Shown: piece by piece, positions 1 through 13,800 of the stretch | How the letters are laid out: each line of letters opens with the position of its first letter | Position numbering within the stretch: position 1 is the stretch's first letter | DNA from: Chrysomallon squamiferum | Taxonomy: Eukaryota; Animalia; Mollusca | Direction: 5' to 3' | DNA length: 64,000 bases | Assembly (NCBI GenBank): GCA_012295275.1 | Contig: CM022668.1 | Location: forward strand, 496,001-560,000 | Notes under the pieces: model-generated | What the model was told of the DNA's origin: nothing | Database searches by the model: none | Seen by the model: only the letters and a program-made list of their open reading frames with translations | Translations under genes and position numbers: made by a program

Positions 1-289
1 ATATTTATATTTTATGTTTGTTATATGAGTTCATTTGTTAATATGAATATTTTCATCAGATACATAGATAAAAAAATGTATTAAAATATACCTACATTAT
101 TCATTGATCTTTTTTATCATGTACCATTAATTAGTTTTGAAATTATTTTACTTTTTACTTGAAATGAAATGTTTATTACTTTAATTAATTCTGTCTGTAT
201 TTATATTTCAAAAATACTTGCATTAATTTATTTCTTTATAGTTGTATTTGATTGCATATTTATTTATTTAATTAATTAATTACTTATAG

Positions 290-415
290 CTTCTTGTGCA
301 ATATGGAGCACCATTGTTTATAGAAAATCAAGACAACTTAACACCATGTGACTGCGCAGACAAGAATGGTAACTCAGAAATAGCCTTGTATCTTGAATCC
401 AAAATGGTTTTTTCT
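290..415 (+). CDS. ANKIB1: ANKIB1 exon: last ankyrin repeat
   Basis: tatag|...|gtgag; [42 protein letters not shown]. Confidence 0.92.
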
Positions 416-3400
416 GTGAGTACATTCTTCAAGCTATATACAGCACATGAATATAAAGCAATTAGAAAAACAAACTTTAAAGTGAAATATATATAATTTG
501 TTTTACAGATTAAATGTATTAAAACAATTACTTATGGTTTAAATAATACAATGCCCTTAAATATTAATTAATGTTAATATATCTTATAGTTTGATATTTA
601 ATATTTGTTTATTTAGAGTGATGGAGTGTCAGAAGATGAAGACAATGAACCATTAATAGCACCTGTAGAGGTAACAACATTTATATTTTTTGAATATTCA
701 AATTTATTCATATATTCTGAAGACATTTCCAGAAATGGGTTAGTTAAAATATGGGCAAAGATTGATGCTGCAACAGCCAGCTTTCAAATGAGCACATTAA
801 ACCAGAATATTCCTAATATGAATCATGGTTCTTATAAATCTTATAATCCACAAAAGTGCAACACAAATTTCCATAAATTTCAGTAAATCATAAAGAAATA
901 AATTTTATCATAAAGTAAAAAAAGCAGTCATTTGGCAATTGAGTGTATATAAATATGCAGTGCAACACATTCTGGATTTGCATATATTATACCATACTTG
1001 TTTGTTTAATATACACTGCTAATATTAATGTGCTTTTTAATGTAAATCTAAAATTGTTATTTTTCAGGAATATTGTGGATTACGCGCACAGGATTTACAA
1101 GAAGCCAAAGACCAATTATTGGTAGAAACAGCAGACATGTTAAGTGTTCCTCTTTTCACTGCAGAGGCCTTGCTACGTAACCACGGTGAGTTAATACATG
1201 CAACTGTTATAAATTCATAGATGTAAAACCAATATGTAAGCATAGATAACATAATGTAATTGTTGTTAATTAATAGATATATGACAGTAGAAATGTTGCA
1301 TAGTTAGAATAAACACAATAATTTATTTAGAGTCTTGTAAGTATAATATGTTACTGAAATATAATTAGTATAACATGTCACCAAAGCAGTTAATAGTGTT
1401 AATGGGACATATAGCCATAATATATTAATAGAAATATAATTACAATTAATATATGTAACCACAGGTATTAATACAGGGCTAACAATTTGGCTTTATTCAC
1501 AAGAATCCATGTGGATTTTCATGTGGATAACAACTTTATCAACAGTGTTAGTTATATAGGGTCATTCCGTGTCAAATCACCCCCACCAAAAAGAAATAAA
1601 AACCTGACCGTCTCAGATTTTTATAAAACTTGGTATACTTGTTGACTGGGATCCCACAGCACCAAATCTGAAATGTTAGCCCAATCAGACCAGTGGTGTG
1701 GGAGATATGGCCCACCGAATTTTGAGATTTTTGCCAAAAATGGGTGTGACCACCAACCTTAGAACCCTTATATCTCAGGAACTACTGGGCCAATCTTCAT
1801 AAAATTGGTATTGTTAGAAAGGCAAAATGACAAGGATTCCAAATCTGCCATTTTTGTTTAGGAAAATATTGGAGTACCTTGACCTTTTGACCTTTGCTAT
1901 GACCTTGAAATTGACCATGTGGATCACGTGATCTTGAGATGACCTTTATTGAAATTTAATCTCCCACATGTTAACTAAAACATATAAAAGTTTCCTGGGT
2001 GTAATATTTTTTGTTTAGCCACAATATAGATTTAAAAAATGCACATACATGAAAATAACACCTTTTCAGCCATTAACATCTGATTAACTAAAACCTGAAT
2101 GATCAATTCTGGATGCTAGGGATCACCATCTTTCTTGATCATCGAGTAAGACATTGTAGGCCTACATGTATGCATAAAGTTCACATAAATTTGAGAGAAC
2201 TAGGTGTTTCTGATGCTTAACCTTCTCACTATGTTTGTTTCAAATGCTCACTGTATCCTTCATTCCCAGACACATTCTACTGTTCTCATCACTTTCATAA
2301 AATTGGATTATTTCCTCCTTCAATTCATTGTCCTTTCAATGGTAAAGGGTGACAAAATCAAGATTTGCACACGCTCTGGGTAGGATTCAGACATTAAGAT
2401 GTCATTTTAATGTTACTGTAGCTGATGCTAGTTTTTTTCTGTCCTTTCATTCATTTACTGGAATGTGCTAGAGAATGGAGTTTGACAGGAGTTTCGCCTA
2501 AACTCGACAGAATAGAATTCAAATCAAAGTCCTTTTCTGGGGAAACAACAACCAGCGGTTTGTCTGGCAAGTTATCACCAAAATTCTCCCATTGTAATAC
2601 CACCCATACTAAAGCCATCTTCTGCAGGACCTTTGATTTCTGAAGGGTAATCAGACAGTCACAGCACAACTTGTCTCCTGGCACTAGTGTCTTTGGAGGA
2701 TTTACTAAGCATTTGTAAGTGCCCATGCTAACAATTCTTAAAGATCTAGTGCATGCTTGCTCAGGGTGGCGATTAAGGGGATCACAACAGTTTTTCTGCA
2801 ATGTTGAAAATTTGATGAAAAGTTCTTGTTCATGATACTCTTGATGTCCCATGTTTCAATCCCACTTCAAAGAGTGAGGAGTTCGACTTCCTCAGTTTTC
2901 CATACACTTTGCAACAACTCCTTTTTGATATGATGGTGTTGATAACACACATTTTCAGGAGAGTTAAAGCTGCAGTTAGCCCTGGAAGAAATAAGGATTT
3001 TCAGTATTGGCCTGCACCTTCAATTCAATAGAACAAAGTCAGTGCTTTCCTAAATATTAAATCAAATCCTGAAACCCTTTCAGTAAAGTTAAGCAGGTCA
3101 TAAAATGGCAGCAGAGTACATGTGTTATTGCCAAAGGCCCACAAGTCATGGGCATTTATGTCAATCTTCTCAAGTATAAATCACAGTTTATTAAGGTGAA
3201 GTAGACCTTGTTCATACTCTGTGCCGAAGACTGGGTGTACAAATACATTATGCAGTACATCACTTGATGATGTCTGATTTCAGACTGGGTTGTACTGTTG
3301 TTGACTGAAACCTTGTTCAAAACCAATGGCAAGGCCCACATGACATGATAAAATTACTTAATAGGTTTTATGAAATAAAAATATTGTTTATATATCAACA

Positions 3401-6400
3401 TCTGACATTGTGTCCAACTTAAAAAGCTTCAGATTGTCAAAGAAATGCAGATGAAGAAACTTCTTTGTCTTAAACTTCTAATTGCCATGTGCTCAATGGG
3501 GATTGCACCAGGGAATCTAAAGGAGTTCCTGACCTGCCTGAAGCATCACTTCATGTGTAGAACATGTCATGCCATTTGGCATCTTTTCATATCCTTCAGG
3601 CATTCCTTCAGACATGTCAGGTGGGTTTTAACTCCAAAGATGAGTTTTTACTCTCAGAGAAAATGTACATTGTAATGCATTGTATCAATCATCCATGCAG
3701 GTATGCATTTTTTTTAATCTCTATTATGGCTAAACAAAAAATATTATACCCAGGAAACTTTTATATGTGAACTTTATGCATACATGTAGGCCTACAATGT
3801 CTTACTCGATGATCAAGAGAGATGGTGATTCCTAGCATCCAGAATTGATCATTCAGGTTTTAGTTAATCAGATGTTAATGGCTGAAAAGGTGTTATTTTC
3901 ATGTATGTGCATTTTTTAAATCTATATTATGGCTAAACAAAAAATATTACACCCAGGAAACTTTTATATGTTTTAGTTAACATGTGGGAGATTAAATTTC
4001 AATAAAGGTCATCTCAAGATCACGTGATCCATACAGTCAATTTCAAGGTCATAGCAAAGGTCAAAAGGTCAAGGTACTCCAATATTTTCCAAACTAAACA
4101 AAAATGGCAGATTTGGTATCCTTGTCATTTCGCCTTTCTAACAATACCAATTTTATGAAGATTGGCCCAGTAGTTCCTGAGATATGAGGGTTCTAAGGTT
4201 GGTGGTCACACCCATTTTTGGCAAAAATCTCAAAATTCGGTGGGCCGTATCTCCCACACCACTGGTCTGATTGAGCTAAAATTTCAGTGGGCTCCCAGTC
4301 AACAAGTATACCAAGTTTCATGAGACTTTCGGGTTTAAACCATTGGGTGATTTGACACGGAATGACCCTATAGAATTTTGTGTCAACTGCATATTGATTA
4401 GTGTGTATAAAACCACCCTTACTATTTATTGGAAAGAATAACCAATTTGTCAGTAACCGTATATTCAATTTAAAAGAAAAAGAAAAAAAAAGAGAAAGCT
4501 TAGTTTTCCTTTATTTTAATATGATCAACACAAGAAATAAATTGAAGTATCTATAATTAGATGTGTTTTTATTTTAAGCATTTCTTTCTATTGAATGTGC
4601 TCAACACATAGTAAATATAATAAGTATTTGGAATAGGACTTACATTTCTGCAACTGACAAAAAAATGTATGGGTTAAAAAGAGCAGGAAATGTAAGGTTA
4701 GAAACATAATATCAACAAACTAACATAATAATGTTAATATAATACTAAATTTAGCACATTAAATTACTCTATATTGTTATTATGTAAGAACTGAACAAAC
4801 ATGTTCCTGTAGGTTCTCTCTGTTGGCATTTTGGTTCATAGAAATAGGCCAGCCTGTGCTTGGCTTCAGGCCAGACTATGTTTTGAACATACACAGGTTC
4901 AAATGTATGCTTTGTTTTTGAAACCAGTTTTATTCAGTAGTATTTTACTCATTGATTATTCAGTTTAATACAATTCTGGAAATATTTCCTTTGAATGCAA
5001 ATGGATTTGGATGTTTTATGTTGGCGTGAATCCTAGTTTGAATTGGATTTCGAGATAAGTGCACAGTTTTAGCCCTGTAATAGAAGTAAATATAGTTAGT
5101 ATAATAAGTAAGCATAGTATGTTAATACAATTATAATATGGGTAATCACTGTAATTAATATTTTTGTTATGAGTGTTAGGTAGACATAATGATATGAGTT
5201 AACAAACATGTGAATATGGTGTGTTCATGTGTAACCATTAACAGATAGTATTTTGTATTTTAATCTTTATGGCTATTTTATCTTATTTTATTTATAAATT
5301 TTCTGTATCATTTATCAATTATGTTTTTTAATTCTATTTCATTTAATTTAGAATGGTCTAGAGAGACATTGCTTGAATCCTGGATGTCTAATCCATTTGC
5401 TTGTTGTGAGAAGTCTGGAGTTACTCCCCCTCAGACACTCATCAGTGAGAGGCCGGACGTGCCAGAATCTTTTAAAAGTCCTCTTTCTAGTCCATGCAAG
5501 TCTGAGCCACCTAGTCCAGATGCAGAGGTTAGTATCTGTTCATTTTGGTTTCATTATTCCCATAGTATTCAATACCACAGTGATTTGTGCTGTTTAAAAA
5601 AGCATATTCAGAATCATGGATATTTTAAATTATTACATTATGAATTTAAAAGCATTTTTCAAATTTATATATTTATTTATTAATTAAAAGTATTTATTTA
5701 TTTATTTACTTATTAAAAGATTATTAAATTCATTCTGTAAATATAAATCAAAACTATTTAATTAGATTTTGAATAAGCTATATTAGCCACATATGAATCT
5801 TAATTTTTAAACAGGACTATCAATAAATTCTAACAGTTAAAACAAAATTTAAGGATAAATGTAAACTTTATATGTTTTAATTCTCCAATGAGTCACAAAT
5901 TCAACAAATATTTAGTTTTTTGTGGAGGTAGCACTGAATTATTACATTAATAATCCTGGTTCAGGTTTTGTTACTGAATTGTTATGAAGATATATTTTTT
6001 TATTATATATATTTTTTCTTTTTTCTTTAAAGTGTGATATTTGTGCCTCCTCATTTCTCATTTCGGATGAGCCAGTTCAGATGACATGCGGCCATGATTT
6101 CTGTCGGGAATGCTGGGAAACGTGAGTAATAAAGAGTAATCCTGCTGTTTTATTCACATTTTTTTAGTACACTTATTTATTAACATAAAGAGAAATCACA
6201 TTTTCTGTGTTAAACCAAAAAATTCCATATCAGACGTCTAGTAATCTTTTTAATTATTTTATTCCACTGATGTTTCAAAATAAATTGAATTTTTTCTTTG
6301 TAAAATAATATGTATTTTAGAAAACTTTAAGTAAAACAAAATTTTTATTATAGAATAATAATAATATTAACAATAATATTATTTTTATTAATTTATTTTG

Positions 6401-9249
6401 AAGATATTTAAATCTGAAAATTCAGGAAGGTGATGCACATCACATCACATGTCCTGCATATGACTGTACAAAACTTGTCCCTGTTGATGTTATTGAGAAT
6501 GTGGTGTCACGTGACATGGCTCGGCGCTATCTTCAATTTGACATCAAGGTAAATTTGTTCTTTTTGTTGTCAAATTAATTTCTTTCAATGACATAATTAC
6601 TAGCTATAGGTGCCTGAATAGAGGTATTTCACATTCCATTGCGCATGAGCCCATTGCTGTATAACTGAAGGATGCAATCACAAGATCTCGCCAAAATAGC
6701 CCTACTTGCAAATTGGTGGGCAAAAGCAATTATGCTGTTTTGTGAGTCCATGATCATTGTTTACTTATTAACTATTCCAATTGCAAAAGTCTGGGAAATG
6801 CTTACGGGTCATTCCATGTCAAATCACACACCCCCAAAAAGGCAATATAACAAGGATTCCAAATCTGCTATTATTGTTCAGTTTGGAAAATTTGGGGGTC
6901 ACTGACCTTTTGACCTTTGTTATGACCTTGAAATTGACCGTGTGGATCACATGACCTTGAGATGACCTTTATTGAAATTTAATCTCCCACATGTTAACTA
7001 AAACATATAAAATTTTCCTGGGTGTAATATTTTTTGTTTAGCCATAATATAGATTTAAAAAATGCAAGTCCATGAAAATAACATTCTTGTCATATTGCCT
7101 TTTCAACAATACCAATTTTATGAAGATTGGCCCAGTAGTTTCTGAGATATGAGGGTTCAAAGGTTGGTGGTCACGTCCATTTTTGCCAAAAATCGCAAAA
7201 TTCGGGGGTGCCATATCTCCCACACCACTGGTCCGATTGGCCTAAAATTTCATATTTGGTGCTGTTGGATCCCAATCAACAAGTATACCAAATTTCAAAA
7301 AAATCTGAGATGGTCGGGTTTAACCCATTGGGTGATTTGACACAGAATGACCCATATTGGAAACATTTGTGGGTAATCACAACACCTAGGAGCAAAAAAC
7401 AAATGAAATTAATGACATGGTTCAGATAACTTCAGAGAACAGTAGTTACAGTTATGTTCTTAATTATTCAGTCTACCACAACAAGTTGAGGTGTTCGTTG
7501 CTTGAAGTCACAAATATTTAGTAGGGGTTGTACAAGTATATAGGTGTTTGTGTGAGTATATGAATAAAGGTACAATCTTCAAAATAACAATTATATGTGT
7601 ATATATTAGTTGCCAGAGTTTAATGTCTCCTATGAAGCTACTCATGTCACTCATAACAACCTGTCTGTCATGCCTCTCAATTTGTAAATAGATTAGTTTC
7701 AGTCTAGTTTGACACAGGATCTTACTCTTTGCACCCATGTGCAATAGGAATACGAAATATCTCTATTGTAAGTAGAATGGATCTGTACTGTTTCCATATT
7801 ATTTACATTGAAAATAATTAGCAAAAAATTAGATGGTTCAGGTTTTATTTGTAACTGTAATAATATTTTCTGTATTGTGCAAAAAAAAAGATATATTTTT
7901 AAAAGCCTAGCATATATCACTGAATTTGTTAAATTTATTGTACATTTATTTTTATTTATCAGTGGTTTATTCCTTATTTTAGTCAGTCAATTTATTAATT
8001 TATTAATTTGATGGACATAATAATAGATGGGAATCATAATTAAATTCTATTATTTATTTCCTTACATTATTCAGGTGTCTATGGTCATTGTTATTTTTTT
8101 TATTAACCTACTACTAATGATGATTAAATTCCAGGCATTTGTGGACAGTAATCCAGATATGAAGTGGTGTCCGTATCCTGGCTGTGCTCGAGCTGTCAAA
8201 CTACCAGATCTGGATAACTCTTCAGCTAATCCGGGTCGAATGAGAATCCCCAGTGATACATCTCGAGGTGTTGACTGTGGCAATGGTCATTATTTCTGCT
8301 GGTAAATAAATTTATTTATTTGTAAAATAAACTGATTTATATACCTTAATATTATCTGTAAAATAAATAATTTACGTAAATATTATTTAATAAAAGTGAG
8401 GTTTATTTTTGTATGTGATTGAGTACTTGCATGGTTGTTTACTTGTGACTATTTACTACATATGTAAGGGTATAAAAATAAAACTCATGTAATTATACGA
8501 AGTGACATTAAAATTTGTTCATTTTAATTTACATCTAAAGATGTAATTTTCCTGTGAAATCTTTTTTCTTTTTTTTTAACTTTGTTAGTTTTGCTTTTCT
8601 CTTAGTAAAATGTGGTATTTTATTATAATTGCAGGGAATGTTACGGAGATTCTCATGAACCATGTAGTTGTCAGAATTGGGTTAAATGGACACAAAAGAT
8701 AGCAGAAATCAAACCAGAACAGCGTACATTTAATTGAGAATATTTTTTAATTGAATCTTTTGACTCTGCTTTCAGTATCTGACAACCTAATATGATTTGA
8801 TTAAAAAAAAACCATGTATTTAATTTTGAATATTTAAAAAATTTCTCATAATCCAAAAAATTTGATTATACTGGATACAGTATATTTGTAGATTAAATAT
8901 TGTTTTAAGAATCTTAATACTTAGATATTTAATTTATTTCATGACAAAAACTAGTACATTTTTAATTTTATCTGAATGTTTCTATAAGTGTTTATATGTA
9001 TTGTTTTATCTATGTATTTATTACATCAGTTAAAATAACATTAAACATTTATACAAAGATTTTGTCATTGTCAAAAGTAGTGAATGGAACGGATGAAGAG
9101 ACAGAATCTGCAGCTAACTGTTTGTGGCTGGTAACAAATTCCAAAGCCTGTCCAAACTGCAAATCTCCCATACAGAAGAATGAAGGCTGTAACCATATGA
9201 AGTGTTCCAAAGTAATTTTTAAACTTTTATATGTTACAGTTTGTCTCAG

Positions 9250-9281
<32 letters not shown>

Positions 9282-10769
9282 GGATATAATTATTTCTATT
9301 TGTATTTTCACAGTGTAAATATGACTTTTGCTGGGTGTGTTTGGAACAGTGGAAGAGACATAACTCTAGTACAGGTGGTTACTTCAAGTGTAATCGCTAT
9401 GAGGCTGTTAAAAAGGTGGAGGATAAAACTGCTCAGATGGTTTCTGAGGTAGATATCAATCATTATATAACTTTGTTGTTGCATACTAAATATGTGTCTT
9501 TGATATTACATAGAAAATGTATGACTGTACATATTTATGTTACAATATAGCCATTAAAGAAAAAAGGTTTGTTTTACTTGTTACTTTCAGGCAGAAGAAA
9601 GAAATACAAAAATGCAGGAGTTGAACCGTTTTGTACACTACTACACTCGTTTTAAAAACCATGAAAACAGTTACAAGGTAAAACAATCAAGCAGAATGTG
9701 TCATATTTTATATCAGATCTGAAGGAGTTTCATTATAAATATTGTAAAAACAGAATTACCTAATTTACAAAGATTAATATTACTTTTCAAACTGATAAAA
9801 CATTATTAAAAATATAAATAAATAAATATATATATATGTCTATTCACACACATACACACATGTAAAATAATACTGATTTTGAATCAGATTTGTTACTTAC
9901 TTATTAAAAATGTAAATAGTTTATATTTTCGTTAATAAGAACTAAAGACAATCAAAGATAAAATTTATTTATTGTAAACTATTATGATTTACAGTTAGAA
10001 GAGCCATTGTTAAAGACAGCTAAAGACAAAATGATGAAACTGGCAGAAGCAGTCACTGACTCGGGTATGAGTTAACTGTTAATAATTCATATATGTTAAT
10101 AGGACAGTTCAGATGCTATTTTCTAAGTATAAAAATGTGAGAGAACATTATTTATAGCAGTAACCTGAAGTATAACAAGTCCAAGGAACACTGGTCCTTT
10201 TAATGTTTCAGTGTGTTATCAGTGACAGTGCATGCAGTTTCCTTGTTGATGATGAATTTAATATTTGTTTTATAAAGGGTACCTTGAAAATATATAAAAT
10301 GTATTTAAACTATTCAAATATATCTTCATGTTTTTTAAATGTATTCCTGATCATGGGAATATAAAAAATTTACAATTTCTGTAAATGATACTATAAATAT
10401 ACTGGAAAGTTACCATTTGTTCATTAAATCTCTAAAACACATAATATTGTGTTATGGTGTTTTCAGCAACAGCCAATGCAGAGACAAAGTTTGTGGAAGA
10501 TGCAGTACATCAGCTGCTGAAAGCAAGACGAGTTTTGAGATGTTCCTATGTTTATGCTTTTTACTTAGATGGACCTGGTTACAAGAAAATAGTCTTTGAA
10601 TTCATGCAGGTGAAATAAAATTCTGATTGTATTTAATTGCCATGAAAATGAACTATATGTTGTATTACATTGTAACTAAGTATTTGTTCAGGTGTCTCTC
10701 TCTCTCTCTCTCTCTGTTTCTTTCTCTCTCTCTCTCCGTCTCTGGTCTCTCTCTCTCCCTGATCCTCTC

Positions 10770-10811
<42 letters not shown>

Positions 10812-13800
10812 GTATTTTTATATTTGTTTGAATCTGATCCTTGGACAATCAAATACACATACATATTTAGGTTAATCTATTCATTGCAGTAGCTTACCAG
10901 TTGTTTTCCTTTTTTCTTACATTTACAAGTAAGTAAATAAATCTATTATGCAATTTATGTGTGTCTGACAGACAGAACTAGAGGAGTGTACAGAGATTCT
11001 CTCACAGATGGTCAATCGGCTCTATCTGCGAACTCCACGTAAGAAAATTATTGACCAGGCTCATGTCGTGAAGAGAAAGAGGCTGGAATTTATCACTGCC
11101 ATTTCCAAAGGTCTTGTACCTCCTGAGACTCCCCCTTCACTCAGAAAGAAGAGAAAGAAGAAATATAGCATGGAGATGGAAGATGTGAGTGAATGACCAA
11201 ACAAAATAGCAAATGAATATGTAAATGAAGAAGTAAAAATGAAGTAGATTAACAAAATGATTGAAGACTAAAAACAAATAGAGTGAATAAAAAAAAGAGA
11301 ATGGAGAGAGTGAACAAAATAAAATGTTTGTATAATAATATTTCAACATGTTATTATGTGTTAGATATAACTCTTTTAAAATGATAAATATAAAAATAAA
11401 AAACAAAGTAATATAATTTAATTAGTATAAGACAATTCTACATTTATATATAGGAAGATCTAAGGAAGGCAATCCTGGCTTCAATACAGGATGTAGACCC
11501 TGCTAATCCTTGGATTAAAGATGCATCAGGAAGACACACAAATGTGATGGCTTATCTTGACTGGCCTGCCGATGATTCAGATGATTCAGATGCAGAACTT
11601 ACACTAGCTCATCTGAGAATTCATGGTCAGTGTATTGCTAGTATCTGATAAAGTTATAATGCTTATTCTAGTTTTTTTAATTTATTTGGTTCGGTGTAGC
11701 TATAAATGCATATTGGTTGTATTTAGTTGCACTGATATGTTATTCTCTGCATACAGGTAATCAAATAGGTTTGAGTTTGTATTTATTTAAGTTGTGATAA
11801 ACAGATATGTTAATGTTATATATTTATGTATCTGTTTACTTATTTGATTAATTTGTCAGAAGAATTTTGGATGTTGAACAATATTATATTTTTCTTTGCT
11901 ATGTTATTATATATATTGTGGATAATGTGATGGGAAAAAATTCACAATTACTACAGTTTCTTTATTTATTTATTTATTGTTTTTAGGTAAATGTCATCGT
12001 ACTGGCTGTACACGGCCAAGAGCTCCAAATCCACGGACAGGAGAAATTCACAATTACTGTAGTCTGTACTGTCAGAGATGTGACGAGGAAGAGAAACTTG
12101 AACAGGAACAGTCGGGTATTCAAGATTTATCTTCTTTTTTTTATATCATTCAAGTGAAAAATGCAAATTATTGTAAGATTGTTTCTGAAACTGAAATTCT
12201 TAGATTTAAAAATATTTTTAACCAGATTATTAGGATTATTTTTAAAACTGAAATTATGGGTTTTTTTCTTTAAAAAGAAAATTTATATGTATAACTAAAT
12301 ATTTATTTATTTATTTCATATTAAGAAGAAATACCTGAAGTTATTTTAGATGAACACATGGATTTATGTTTTTTTTTCTTTAAAAAGAAAATTTATATGT
12401 ATAACTAAATATTTATTTATTTATTTCATATTAAGAAGAAATACCTGAAGTTATTTTAGATGAACACATGGATTTACTTCGAGCTCTGGAAATGTCAAGA
12501 CTTCAGTTTCTCCGAGATGCCGGATTGATCCATGTACCTGACAGAGACAGGTAATCTAAACCTAGCCTTTTGTAATACATGACTGTAACAGGTGCAAACA
12601 GTCTGATAGTTAAATGAAAAAAATTATTCATTTTATTAAATATGATTGATACAATACAAGTAAATTGTATTCTAATACAGTCTATATCTTATCTTATTGT
12701 CATATGATAGTATGTAACATAGTAAATATCATCTTTATAAATACAAATATAGTTGACATAATTATAGAAAATGAATCCATGTGTTCTACTTTCAGTAACT
12801 GATGACAGAAAAATAGTAAAGTTTGACTTTTTGAAACTAATACAGTGGTACTTTGACTTACGAGTTTAATTTGTTTCATGGCAAGCTCATAACTGAATTT
12901 GCTCGTATATCAAATCAGTTATCCCAACTGAAATTTATTGAAATATCATTAATCCATTCCAGGCTCCAAAAACGCACCCCAATTTTTGGTAAAATGTTTT
13001 TAGATAATAAAAATGTATTTGTAAATGACAAATATTGTATAAAAAAACAAAATAAAAGAGAATGTAAATAAATTTATTGGTTTTCTAAAGTGTAGAGGGT
13101 TATGGTTTCTTCATCTTTTCATGGATAGAGGTCCACAGCTTAGAAATTATTTTAACACCTTTTGCTAGAGTTATAGCTTTTGTTGACTCCTTCTGCTTCA
13201 GTATGGTACATATGGTAGAAGTACTTCGCTTGTACTGCCTAGCCAAGTCGACTACATGCACACGTCACATTTTTTTCTATGTTTTTCTTCTTCTCAACAC
13301 TGACCTTTGCACTCATTTTCTTAGGATCCATGGTCATGGATCCATGGAAATTTGACAAAAAACTGCACAAAATGCAAGCACAACACAATAGAGATCCTTC
13401 CATGGCAACCACATGAAGCAAACAAGTGAGATGCAGGATGCTGGGCTGATGTTGTGTTGTTTGTTGTGCCAACTAGCTTGTAACTCAGATTTTGGCTCGG
13501 AGCTCGAAGCAAAAATTTGGTCAGGCGACTGCTTGTAACTCAGAAAACTCATAAGTTGGTGCACTCGTATGTCAGGGTATCACTGTATTTAAATAACATT
13601 TCACTGTAAAAATGTATTACTTTTCAGTGAAGTAGGAATTGTGGATAAATCTAAAGAAAAAAGTCCTGTAAGACCAAGATCCAACTCTGAGAGTTTGCCA
13701 ATGAAATCAGATTTGACACCAATGGAAAAACTTGACCAGGAGTTACAGAGGGTCTTAGATCTCAGTTCCACAATTAACAAAGGTTTTTGTTTTTTTTTGT

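Noticed and set aside
2451-2852. 133-aa minus-strand ORF as a host gene
   Set aside because: It lies between the TIRs of copy A and continues into frameshifted transposase-like sequence
10627-10892. SL-, ER-, CV- and YI-repeat ORFs here and at 22248, 49639, 50295 and 54511
   Set aside because: Translations of dinucleotide microsatellites
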